Assembly (NCBI GenBank): GCA_045863335.1
Contig: BTVY01000027.1
Coordinates: 34,369 to 98,368 of the forward strand
Length of the DNA stretch: 64,000 nucleotides
Direction: 5' to 3'
Source of the DNA: Candidatus Hydrogenedentota bacterium
Lineage (GTDB): Bacteria; Hydrogenedentota; Hydrogenedentia; Hydrogenedentales; SLHB01
The position numbers and the translations under genes are program-made. This document shows positions 19,812 through 28,886 of this stretch, piece by piece. Under the pieces are notes generated by a model that was given only the letters and a program-made list of their open reading frames with translations, was not told where the DNA came from and did no database searches. Each line of letters starts with the position of its first letter. Position 1 is the stretch's first letter.

Positions 19812-21482
19812 CTATCCGTACGGATCGCCGCCGCCGCCAGTTTCCGCGGGCGGCGCATCGTAGAGGGTGAATCCCGACAGGATGGGCTGGTTGTTGGGAT
19901 GGCGCGTTTCGTTCGCGCTCGTCACCCGTATCGCGGGCTGATCGCGGAACACGCACTTCGCCTCGCAGATCCCGCAACCGATGCAACGCTCGGGATCGAC
20001 GCGGGGTTGTTTTAATACGCGGACTGAGCCGTCCCGCATCTTCACTTCCGCCTCGATGAAATGGATGGCCTTCGTCGGAATCGGGCAATGCTCTTCGCAG
20101 ACCATGCACTCCCGACCATACGCGTAAGGCAAGCAGCGCGACGTGTCGAAGGTGGCAAGCCCGAGTTTCGTTGCTTGCTTCGTCTCCATGTCGAGCGGTT
20201 GAATGGCTTCCGTCGGGCAGATGGCGCCGCAGCGGTTGCATTCGTATTCGCAGTAGCCCACCTGCGCGATGAGCCGCGGCGTCCACAACCCTTCGATGCC
20301 CGTGTCGAATCCCGCCGGCTGGAGCCCGTTCGTCGGGCACACGCGCATGCACAAACCGCATCGCACACAGCGGGACAAGAACTCCGATTCCGCCAGGGCG
20401 CCCGGCGGCCGCACCAGATTCGGATCGAAGACCTTTCCCTGCGCCACCGGCGAGAGACGGAGCGAAAGCAGCGTGCCCGCCCCCACGAGTCCCGCGGTCA
20501 TGGCCGCGCGCCTGGACAGGTCCATGGAAGGCGCGGCTTCCCCGCGCAACGGGTTTTGCACTGCAAACGTTATGGCGTCCCAGTTGCACTTGGCGGTGCA
20601 GTTCAGGCAGAGGAAGCATTCGGAAGGACGCCATTCGCCCGGCTTGTCCGGCGTTCCCGCGCCCTGGCAGTTTACGCGGCACAAGCCGCACTCCGTGCAG
20701 GTTTCGGCGCAGGTCTTCAGCCGCAGCCACGGACGCCAAGCGGCGAGTCCCAGCAACGCGCCCAAGGGGCAAAGATACCGGCACCAAAACCGCTTGCGAT
20801 AGAAGTTCAGACCAACGGTGGTCAGGAAGATCGCCGAAATCAGCACGCCGCCGTAGAAACTCTGGCGATTCGCGACAAAAACGTGATCCCGAAAGAACCG
20901 GTATACCGGCTCGGTCGCCATCGTGGCGTGAACCGGGCCGAGGTGCGGATCATTTTGGTACACCGCGGTGGAACCGTCCTCGACGGCGACGCGAATGGCA
21001 GGACCAAAAACGGTAAACGTGGTGCGGTACAGGAGCGAGAAGGGGTCCAACAATCCGATCCAATTCGCGCCGAATACGGCGCCCACGAGCATGCCGATCA
21101 GGATGTAGTACTTCCACCGGTTCCAGGGGGACCACTTTTCGCGCTGCACGAGGTCGAATGTGGAATCTTTGCGCAGCGCGCTGACGGTGGCATGAATTGA
21201 ACCCAGCGGACAAATCCACCCGCAAAAGAACCGGCCGAACACGACCGTTAGCGCCATCGTGATTAGTCCGAGCAGCAGCAGCGCGGTGAACGCCCGCGAA
21301 GCGATGATGGTGGTCAGCATCACGAGCGGATCGAACAGGAAGAAGATCTCCGCGGTTTTGCTGGTTTCCTCGACAGAGCCTCGCGCGGCAACCACAACGG
21401 TCCACAGAAACACCGCAAAACAACCCCCCTGGACGCTCCGGCGCAACCACCGAAGTACAAGCATCTTTTGCCGGGACGTCAC
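19812..21482 (-). CDS. membrane polyferredoxin (NapH/MauN-like fused to NapG/MauM-like 4Fe-4S domains)
   Basis: GRFFCGWICPLG, RFWCRYLCPLG, several CxxCxxCxxxCP motifs, RPPGA. GTG start overlaps the upstream TGA. Confidence 0.88.
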   Translation of the reverse strand: MTSRQKMLVLRWLRRSVQGGCFAVFLWTVVVAARGSVEETSKTAEIFFLFDPLVMLTTIIASRAFTALLLLGLITMALTVVFGRFFCGWICPLGSIHATVSALRKDSTFDLVQREKWSPWNRWKYYILIGMLVGAVFGANWIGLLDPFSLLYRTTFTVFGPAIRVAVEDGSTAVYQNDPHLGPVHATMATEPVYRFFRDHVFVANRQSFYGGVLISAIFLTTVGLNFYRKRFWCRYLCPLGALLGLAAWRPWLRLKTCAETCTECGLCRVNCQGAGTPDKPGEWRPSECFLCLNCTAKCNWDAITFAVQNPLRGEAAPSMDLSRRAAMTAGLVGAGTLLSLRLSPVAQGKVFDPNLVRPPGALAESEFLSRCVRCGLCMRVCPTNGLQPAGFDTGIEGLWTPRLIAQVGYCEYECNRCGAICPTEAIQPLDMETKQATKLGLATFDTSRCLPYAYGRECMVCEEHCPIPTKAIHFIEAEVKMRDGSVRVLKQPRVDPERCIGCGICEAKCVFRDQPAIRVTSANETRHPNNQPILSGFTLYDAPPAETGGGGDPYG

Positions 21483-22417
21483 GCGACCGCGATCTCCTTC
21501 GGTATGAGCGAGCGGTAATCCAGGGTGCCCAATCCGGCGGCATCGCCCGCGGCGACGGTCGCGATATCTTTGGGATCGTGGCCGAGCAGTTCTGCGCCGA
21601 AAGCGTCCAGCGCCACGATGTCCGTGCTCGCGACCACCGTATCCTTGCGCTGCACGTCCGCCAGGTCGCCGCCCGTCGGCCCGTGGGCGGTGAGAATCCG
21701 TACGGCGTCCAGCACGCAGAGTTTGGGGCTCATGAACCGGGTGATATCGCACAAGCAGGTCGGAATGTCCTGGTGGAAGACGTTTCGTTTGTCGACAACG
21801 CCCATGTAGTTTTTCATGGCCAGCGTCACCGTCGATATGCTGTGGTGCTTCGCAATCGGCACATTGATGACCAGGTCGGACTCCACAATCTCCGGGCAAA
21901 CCTGCCACTTGTCCAATCGCGCGCCACCAATGGCGTATTCGCGAAAGCGACTCGGGTCGAGATACACCACCTCGGCGCCCGCCGCTTTGGCAGCCGCTTC
22001 GATGCCGCTTCGGGGATACGTCTTGCTCGCTTCGTTACAGGTAAAGTCTCCCACCCGCACTGTCTTGGCTCCCGCGTCGAAGCAGAGGCGAATGAGCGTG
22101 GCGACCACGTCGGGATTTGTATTGGCGGCTTGCTCCGGAGTGCGGTCCCAGGCCATGTTGGGCTTGATCCAGACGGAGTTCCCCGAACTCACAAAGCGGC
22201 CCATGCCGCCTATGGCCTCGATGGCCTGTTCGGTCAGCTTCACCGCCATGGGGCCAACGTCGGCTTCCGCGACTGGGGCGCCGTTCCACCGCGCGATGCT
22301 CATGGCCGCGGACGCAGCCTCCTGAGCGATGGCTGACCCCGCGACCGGCGCGGCCGCCGCGGCCGTTCCCGCGAATGCCGCCTGCTTCAAGAAACTCCGA
22401 CGAGACTGGTTCCGCAT
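21479..22417 (-). CDS. Tat-exported DUF362 domain protein
   Basis: SRRSFLK Tat motif, IKPNMAWDRTPEQAANTNP, INVPIAKHH, AMKNYMG, GPTGG. Confidence 0.88.
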   Translation of the reverse strand: MRNQSRRSFLKQAAFAGTAAAAAPVAGSAIAQEAASAAMSIARWNGAPVAEADVGPMAVKLTEQAIEAIGGMGRFVSSGNSVWIKPNMAWDRTPEQAANTNPDVVATLIRLCFDAGAKTVRVGDFTCNEASKTYPRSGIEAAAKAAGAEVVYLDPSRFREYAIGGARLDKWQVCPEIVESDLVINVPIAKHHSISTVTLAMKNYMGVVDKRNVFHQDIPTCLCDITRFMSPKLCVLDAVRILTAHGPTGGDLADVQRKDTVVASTDIVALDAFGAELLGHDPKDIATVAAGDAAGLGTLDYRSLIPKEIAVA

Positions 22418-22502
22418 GGTTCGTTGCCTCCCGTTCCAATGCCCCTTGGATAAGTTCTGTGGGTAGCGGTCTGCCTTGGACACAGCTAACCTTCTGCAAA
22501 TA

Positions 22503-22518
22503 AGCATAGAACGTGCCA
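22503..22518 (-). promoter_or_regulatory. sigma54 -24/-12 promoter of the DUF362-polyferredoxin operon
   Basis: Minus strand TGGCACGTTCTATGCT, GG-N10-GC. Confidence 0.75.
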
Positions 22519-22610
22519 TGGAAGCGCTGGTGGCGTTCTTTTGCAACGTATTGGAGTTAAAGGGGATGGGGAAGCGTGACCAACATGCCGGAAATAGACC
22601 CAGCAGATGG

Positions 22611-22626
22611 TGCGCAAAAGTGCGCA
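22611..22626. promoter_or_regulatory. candidate enhancer TGCGCA-N4-TGCGCA
   Basis: About 100 bp upstream of the minus-strand sigma54 promoter. Confidence 0.45.
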
Positions 22627-22725
22627 GCGCACAAGTGCATTTGCTGAATCGTACTTCGCAAGACACAGAAAAACGGCCAGTGGAATCCCACTGGCCGATG
22701 GGTACGTCGAAATCTTCCTGAGTCT

Positions 22726-23142
22726 CTACCGCCGCGGCGTGAAATCGACGACGAGCGCCTCCTCGAGATAGGGGCCCACAAACTCGACGAACTTCTTGTG
22801 CTCGGGATGGGGGAGGTAGATATCCCGGCCTTCCGGCTCCGCGAAGGTCACGATGAAGACATTGGTGAACCCTTTGCTCAGGTTCTCCGTGCTCTCGTCC
22901 GTGCCCGCTTCGATGTCTTTGATGACGTCAATGCGGTTCTTCAGATCCAGGAAGGCGTCTTCGACCGCCTGCACCTGATCCGGCGTGGTTCCTTCCTTGT
23001 ACTTGAAGAGAACCACGTGACGAAATACATTTCCGTCCATTGCATCGCCCTCGTTGCTGCCATCGACAACGTTGCCCTTAATCGATATGCACCCGGCCGC
23101 GAGTAACAGGACCAGCCCGGGGATCAACACACGCTTCAGCAT
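22726..23142 (-). CDS. Dabb family (stress-responsive A/B barrel) lipoprotein
   Basis: Lipobox LAAGC, FRHVVLFKYK, YLPHPEH. Confidence 0.88.
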   Translation of the reverse strand: MLKRVLIPGLVLLLAAGCISIKGNVVDGSNEGDAMDGNVFRHVVLFKYKEGTTPDQVQAVEDAFLDLKNRIDVIKDIEAGTDESTENLSKGFTNVFIVTFAEPEGRDIYLPHPEHKKFVEFVGPYLEEALVVDFTPRR

Positions 23143-23220
23143 AAGGCCTCCTTCCGCAATAACGATACCCCAACGGTAACGGGGGAGAGCCTATGCCAGC
23201 GTGTTCGCAAATTCAACTTC

Positions 23221-24861
23221 TCAAGGCGCCCGACCCTCTTCAGGGCTGTCAGGCTGTGGCTCTGGGTCATCTGTGACTTCTTCAGCGGATTTTTCGACGG
23301 GTTCGGCGTCGGGCGTCTCGATGGAGGGCTCCTCCGGAGATGCCCATGGGCTTCCCATGATCCGTTCCAGTTCGGCGGCCGCAACCCGGAGGTCGCGGGC
23401 GGCGCTTAACTGTTCGAGCTGGAAGTCGAGGAGGGTCTGCACACTCTCCAGGACATCCAGAAAGTCCGCATCGACGCTGCCGCTGGCGTAGGTCGTCTGT
23501 ACGGCCTCGTAGGTTTGCTGCGCTTGGGGAATGAGCGTGGTTTCAAAAAGATTGTACCGGCGGCGTCCATCCTGCATTTCGAACAGGGCCATCTTCGCGG
23601 CCGATTCCAGGGCAATCACCCTTCGGTACTTCTCGTGTTCCGCCGCGGACTCCATGTGCTTCGCCTCGGCGATGGCGGCGTCGATGCGTTTCCGCCAGAT
23701 CGGAATGTTCATGTTCACCGAGAACATCACCTCGTCCTGACGCTTGGCATTGTCGAAGGCGCTTTCGACGTCCGCCAGACGATTGACGCTCATCAGACCG
23801 CCCAACGTATCCGGCCGGATCTGGCGACTGACGTTTCGCGCTCCCGAGACTAACGTGCCAATCTGCTGCAAATAGGGATCGTTTGGATTCGGCGCCTCAG
23901 GCAAATCCACCCGCACCGGGGTCGTCCAGGTCCGGAACGAATCGAGCATTTCCAGGAACGGTCCTGTCCGGGATGGATTGCGTGCATCCTTCATGTCGAG
24001 GTATTCCAGCGACACCGTGAAATTGGGGTAGCGCGTCTTCTTGGCCAGCTCGACGTCTTTCGACATGCTGTCGATCAACCGGTCCGACTCGGCCAGTGCC
24101 GGATTTGCCACGCGGAGCCGCGCGAGCACGATCGGCGCGGGAGGCGCTTCCGGCGGCAGCGGGATGGATTGCGGCCACGGCGGATCTTCCGCCGCTTCCC
24201 GGCCGATGGCCGCATTGAGTTGTGCCGCCAACGCAGGCCGGTACTGCATGAGCCCGTCGTAGCGGTCCTGCAACTTCGATTGCTCGATTTGAATGCGAAG
24301 CAGATCCTCCTGGCGGCTCATACCGAGACCGAATCGCGAGTTCACAATGTCCTCGGTGTACGTCAGGATCTCGACTTGCGATTCGGTAACCCGAATGCTC
24401 TCGGCGAGGAAGGCGTAGTCGAAATAGGCCTTCTTGACCTCGGCGAACACCTCGTTACGTGCCGCATACAACCTTTCCAGGGCTGCGTCCGCCGCCAACC
24501 GCGCCTTGTCGCCACGGGTCTTGAGCGTGCCAAACCACGGGAACGACTGGGCCAGCATGGCGCGATAGCGGCTATCGTCGGATCGCAGGAAGTACGTGAA
24601 CCCAAACATGGGGTCTTCGAGCGACGTCGCCTGGGGCACGCGCTCCAGCGCTGCCAGCCATTCTTCGTGCAGCGCCTTCAACATGGGATGGCGGTCGCCG
24701 GCTTCAAGCAGGTATTCGCGGAGTTCGTCGTTTGCCGCGTAGAACTCCGGCGGCGCCACTTCAGACGCCGACGCGATCGCGCCTATAGCCAGAACAATCG
24801 CCGCCGCACCCGCTACCCCGGCAAACGAGCGATGCGTTTTTCGATGAACGTTCATGCTCAA
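23221..24861 (-). CDS. TolC family outer-membrane efflux protein (CusC-like)
   Basis: Signal peptide, QSFPWFGTL, MNIPIWR, DFLDVLES. Last gene of the RND operon. Confidence 0.85.
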   Translation of the reverse strand: MSMNVHRKTHRSFAGVAGAAAIVLAIGAIASASEVAPPEFYAANDELREYLLEAGDRHPMLKALHEEWLAALERVPQATSLEDPMFGFTYFLRSDDSRYRAMLAQSFPWFGTLKTRGDKARLAADAALERLYAARNEVFAEVKKAYFDYAFLAESIRVTESQVEILTYTEDIVNSRFGLGMSRQEDLLRIQIEQSKLQDRYDGLMQYRPALAAQLNAAIGREAAEDPPWPQSIPLPPEAPPAPIVLARLRVANPALAESDRLIDSMSKDVELAKKTRYPNFTVSLEYLDMKDARNPSRTGPFLEMLDSFRTWTTPVRVDLPEAPNPNDPYLQQIGTLVSGARNVSRQIRPDTLGGLMSVNRLADVESAFDNAKRQDEVMFSVNMNIPIWRKRIDAAIAEAKHMESAAEHEKYRRVIALESAAKMALFEMQDGRRRYNLFETTLIPQAQQTYEAVQTTYASGSVDADFLDVLESVQTLLDFQLEQLSAARDLRVAAAELERIMGSPWASPEEPSIETPDAEPVEKSAEEVTDDPEPQPDSPEEGRAP

Positions 24862-27800
24862 CTCTCCCGCTTACGATACCGCGGTAAGCGCGGCAATCGG
24901 ATTCGATGAAATAGTCCCGGGGGAAGCTCTGCGCCCTCCGGTGGATTCATCCGGAATTCCCGTTCTTTCATCCAGCAATACACCACGGGCGTCATGAACA
25001 GCGTGATGATCTCGATGGTCATCCCGCCGAACGACGGCAAGGCCATGGGCACCATGATGTCGGCGCCCCGGCCCGTCGAGGTCAGTACCGGCATCAACGC
25101 GAGGATGGTCGTTGCTGTCGTCATCAGGCAGGGCCGGATTCGGCGTTTGCCCGCTTCGAGCGTCGCATTTCGGATATCGTCAATGGATTTGATTTCGCCT
25201 TTCTCGAAGCTCTGGTCCAGGTATGTCGCAATCACCACATTATCATCCGACGCCACTCCGAAAAGCGCGAGGAAGCCGACCCAGATTGCGACGCTCAGAT
25301 TGATGGGATGCACCTGGAAGAGTTCGCGCAGGTGAATGCCCATAATCGTCACATCGAGAAACCAGGGTTGTCCGTACAACCAAAGCAGCACGAAGCCCCC
25401 CGACCAGGCGACAAGGATACTCGAAAATACGAGCAAGGTAGTCCAGTACGAAGAGAACTGGAAGTAGAGGATCAGGAAGATCAGAAACAACGAAATGGGC
25501 AGCACCAGAGACAGCGTCTTCTGAGCGCGAAGCTGGTTCTCGTAATTCCCGGCGAAGGTGTAGCTCACCCCCGCGGGAAGCGACCACTCGCCGCTGGCCA
25601 GCTTGCCGTCGAGGTACGTCTTCGCGCTCTCGACCACATCGACCTCCGCGAATCCGGGCTTCTTGTCGAACAACACGTAGCTGACCAGGAACGTGTCTTC
25701 GCTCTTGATCGCCATGGGGCCGCGCACATACTGGATATCCGCCAACTGGCCCAATGGGATCTGTGCGCCGTCCATCGAGGGCACCAGGATGCGCTCCAGG
25801 CTTTCCAGTTGGTCGCGCAACTCGCGCTTGTACCGCACGCGCACGGGGTAGCGCTCGCGCCCCTCGACGGTCGTCGTAATCGAGGTCCCGCCGATGGCGA
25901 CTTCAATCACATCCTGCACGTCGCGAATGGTAAGGCCGTACCGCGCGATCGCGTTGCGGTCGATGTCGATCTCGAGATACGGGTTGCCCACCACCCGGTC
26001 GGCGATCACCGCCGCGGGTTCCACGCCGGGCACTGCTTTGAGGAACTGCTCGATCTCGAGACCTACCTCTTCGATGGTTTCCAGGTTCGGCCCCTTTACC
26101 TTGACCCCCATCGGCGCGCGCATGCCGCTTTGCAGCATCACGATGCGCGCCGCGATCGGTTGCAGTCGCGGGGCGGACGTGGTTCCGGGGATTCCCGCCG
26201 CTTTGACGATCTCGTCCCAGATGTCGTCCGCCGTGCGAATGTGCTCGCGCCACTGCCGGTAGGCTTTTCCTTTCGGATCGGGTATCAGTTCACCGTTCTC
26301 GTCCCGGACGAACTCGTCCGTTTCCTCGTCGTACGTGAAGGTGAGCCGCCGGCCGGACTCGTCGGTCTTGTACTCCGACTTGTAGTTGACCACCGTCTCA
26401 ATCATGCTGATCGGCGCCGGGTCCAAGGGGCTTTCCGCGCGGCCGAGTTTCCCGACCACCATGTCCACTTCGGGAATGGACGAAATCGCCCGATCCTGCA
26501 ACTGGATGATCTCGAGCGCTTCCCCGATGCTCGCATGCGGCATGGTCGTCGGCATGTACAGGTACGACCCCTCGTCCAGCGGAGGCATGAACTCTTTCCC
26601 AAATCCAGGGAACTTGTGATAGGCCCAGGACCACAGCCGATTTTGCTGCACGGCGTCCTTGCCGATGCCAATCGCTTCCGCAGCGCGCGGGACGAATCCA
26701 AACACGGTCCCGAATCCCAGCCACGCGCTGGCACCGGCGAGCAGGATAAGAACCGGCATCGCCATATAGACGCCCTTATGACGGAGAAAAAAGCGCAGCA
26801 ACGGTTCGTATACCAGTTGGAATAACAGGAAGAACCCCAGCAATCCGCCCACCAATATGGTCACAAACGTCAGGTTCAGCGCCATCCCGCGAGACGGACC
26901 CAGGGGAAGCCAGTCGTTGGTGAGCAGTACCACTACCAACACCACCGCCACCAGGTTCGCCGCCCATGGTCCCAGCTTGCGGACGTTCCGCGGCAGACGG
27001 CCCTCGAACAAGTGGTACAGACCCATGCCGATCAGGATGAGTCCCGCCCACCACGCGACCAGGAAGAACACCACGACGCCAGCCAGCGTCAACACCATCA
27101 ACGTCGCGCGCTTGAGCCAGTCCGACGTAAACTTTCCCGCAAGGAGGATATGGGCAAGCGCGGGGATGATCGTCAAGGCGACGATAACCGACGCAATCAA
27201 CGCGAAAGTCTTGGTAAAGGCGAGCGGTTTGAAGAGCTTGCCTTCCGCGCCGATCATCGTGAAGACGGGGAGGAAGCTGATCACCGTCGTCGAGATGGCC
27301 GTGATGACGGCTTTCCCGACTTCGCTTGCGGCGCGGTAGACCACGTGGAGCCGATCCTCCTCCGGGTCCGCCTCGTCGAGGTGCTTCAGCACGTTTTCGC
27401 AAATGATGATCCCCATGTCGACCACGGTGCCGATAGCGATTGCGATGCCCGAGAGCGCCACAATGTTGGCATCGACGCCGAAAGTCTTCATGGCGATGAA
27501 GGTGGTCAGCACCGTGAGCGGAAGCACGAGGCTGATGAGGATCGAACTGCGCAGATGGACCACCATGATGATAATCACGATGACCGTGATGAGAATCTGC
27601 TGAACGATCGCTTCGTTGAGCGTGCCGAGCGTCTCGTAGATCAGCCCGGTGCGGTCGTAGAACGGCACGATGGTTACCTGGCTCAAGGTGACCCACTCCG
27701 GCCACTCATCGCGTGGCGTCTGCCGCAGCCAGGAAACCCAGCTATCCTGATCGATTCCGGGTCCCCCCGTCTCCATCAACTCCTGCGACCGCGCGAACTG

Positions 27801-28886
27801 CGACACTTCTTCCGCGCTCACCTTGTGGTAGTCCACGACCGCCCGGACGGGCAGCCCCGCCGCGATCTCGCCGATTCTGGCTTTGACGTTCTTAATGGCC
27901 TGCAGCGGGTTGTACCCGTACCGGACCACAACCACACCGCCCACGACCTCCGCGCCTTCCTTGTCCAGCACGCCGCGCCGCATCTCGGGTCCGAGCGCGA
28001 CCGTCGCGATGTCCTTCACGTAGATGGGCACGTTGTCGTTCACGCGGACGACCGTGTTCTCGATGTCGGCGATGTGCTCGATGAAGCCGAGGCCGCGGAT
28101 GATGTACTCGACCTTGTTGATCTCGATCGTCCGCGCCCCCACGTCGACGTTGGACATGCGGACCGCATTGAAGACGTCCTCCAGCGTGACCTTGTACGCG
28201 CGCATGGCGTCGGGGTCGACGTCGATCTGGTACTCCTGCACGTAGCCGCCGACGGACGCCACTTCGCTGACGCCGCCCGCGCTGAGCAGGGCGTAACGGA
28301 CCTGCCAGTCCTGGATGCTGCGCAGTTCATGGAGGTCCCAGCCGGGTGTTGGATTGCCGTCGGGATCGCGGCCTTCGAGGGTATACCAGTAGACTTGGCC
28401 CAAGGCCGTCGCGTCCGGGCCGAGCGCAGGTTGCACGCCTTCCGGGAGACTCCCTCCGGGCAGGCTGTTGAGCTTCTCCAGAACCCGGCTCCGGGACCAG
28501 TAAAACTCGATGTCCTCCTCGAAGATGATAAAGATGGACGAGAACCCGAAATACGAATAGCTCCGGATCGTCTTCACGCCGGGAATGCCCAGCAGCGCCG
28601 TCGTCAACGGGTACGTGACTTGATCCTCGACGTCCTGGGGCGACCGGCCTTCCCATTCTGTAAAGACGATCTGCTGGTTCTCGCCGATGTCGGGAATGGC
28701 ATCTACGGCGACGGGGTTCCTGGGCAGCATGCCGATATCCCAGTCGAACGGCGCAACGATAACGCCCCAAAGCACAACGAAGGCGGTCAACAGCGCGACC
28801 ACAAGTTTGTGGCGCAGGCAGAACCAGATTACCTTATCGACGATGGATTCGGGTTTGGGCTCGCTTCTGACGCGATCGCTACTCAT
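24858..28886 (-). CDS. cusA: CusA-type heavy-metal efflux RND permease
   Basis: VDAIPDIGENQQIV, LGPDATALGQV, EFMPPLDEGSYLYMPTTMP, RIRPCLMT. ATG 28886 overlaps the upstream gene. Confidence 0.9.
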   Translation of the reverse strand: MSSDRVRSEPKPESIVDKVIWFCLRHKLVVALLTAFVVLWGVIVAPFDWDIGMLPRNPVAVDAIPDIGENQQIVFTEWEGRSPQDVEDQVTYPLTTALLGIPGVKTIRSYSYFGFSSIFIIFEEDIEFYWSRSRVLEKLNSLPGGSLPEGVQPALGPDATALGQVYWYTLEGRDPDGNPTPGWDLHELRSIQDWQVRYALLSAGGVSEVASVGGYVQEYQIDVDPDAMRAYKVTLEDVFNAVRMSNVDVGARTIEINKVEYIIRGLGFIEHIADIENTVVRVNDNVPIYVKDIATVALGPEMRRGVLDKEGAEVVGGVVVVRYGYNPLQAIKNVKARIGEIAAGLPVRAVVDYHKVSAEEVSQFARSQELMETGGPGIDQDSWVSWLRQTPRDEWPEWVTLSQVTIVPFYDRTGLIYETLGTLNEAIVQQILITVIVIIIMVVHLRSSILISLVLPLTVLTTFIAMKTFGVDANIVALSGIAIAIGTVVDMGIIICENVLKHLDEADPEEDRLHVVYRAASEVGKAVITAISTTVISFLPVFTMIGAEGKLFKPLAFTKTFALIASVIVALTIIPALAHILLAGKFTSDWLKRATLMVLTLAGVVVFFLVAWWAGLILIGMGLYHLFEGRLPRNVRKLGPWAANLVAVVLVVVLLTNDWLPLGPSRGMALNLTFVTILVGGLLGFFLLFQLVYEPLLRFFLRHKGVYMAMPVLILLAGASAWLGFGTVFGFVPRAAEAIGIGKDAVQQNRLWSWAYHKFPGFGKEFMPPLDEGSYLYMPTTMPHASIGEALEIIQLQDRAISSIPEVDMVVGKLGRAESPLDPAPISMIETVVNYKSEYKTDESGRRLTFTYDEETDEFVRDENGELIPDPKGKAYRQWREHIRTADDIWDEIVKAAGIPGTTSAPRLQPIAARIVMLQSGMRAPMGVKVKGPNLETIEEVGLEIEQFLKAVPGVEPAAVIADRVVGNPYLEIDIDRNAIARYGLTIRDVQDVIEVAIGGTSITTTVEGRERYPVRVRYKRELRDQLESLERILVPSMDGAQIPLGQLADIQYVRGPMAIKSEDTFLVSYVLFDKKPGFAEVDVVESAKTYLDGKLASGEWSLPAGVSYTFAGNYENQLRAQKTLSLVLPISLFLIFLILYFQFSSYWTTLLVFSSILVAWSGGFVLLWLYGQPWFLDVTIMGIHLRELFQVHPINLSVAIWVGFLALFGVASDDNVVIATYLDQSFEKGEIKSIDDIRNATLEAGKRRIRPCLMTTATTILALMPVLTSTGRGADIMVPMALPSFGGMTIEIITLFMTPVVYCWMKEREFRMNPPEGAELPPGLFHRIRLPRLPRYRKRES

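Noticed and set aside
22544-22556. IHF site in the DUF362 promoter
   Set aside because: Only CAA-N4-TTG matches and the WAT part is absent, so it is too weak to call.
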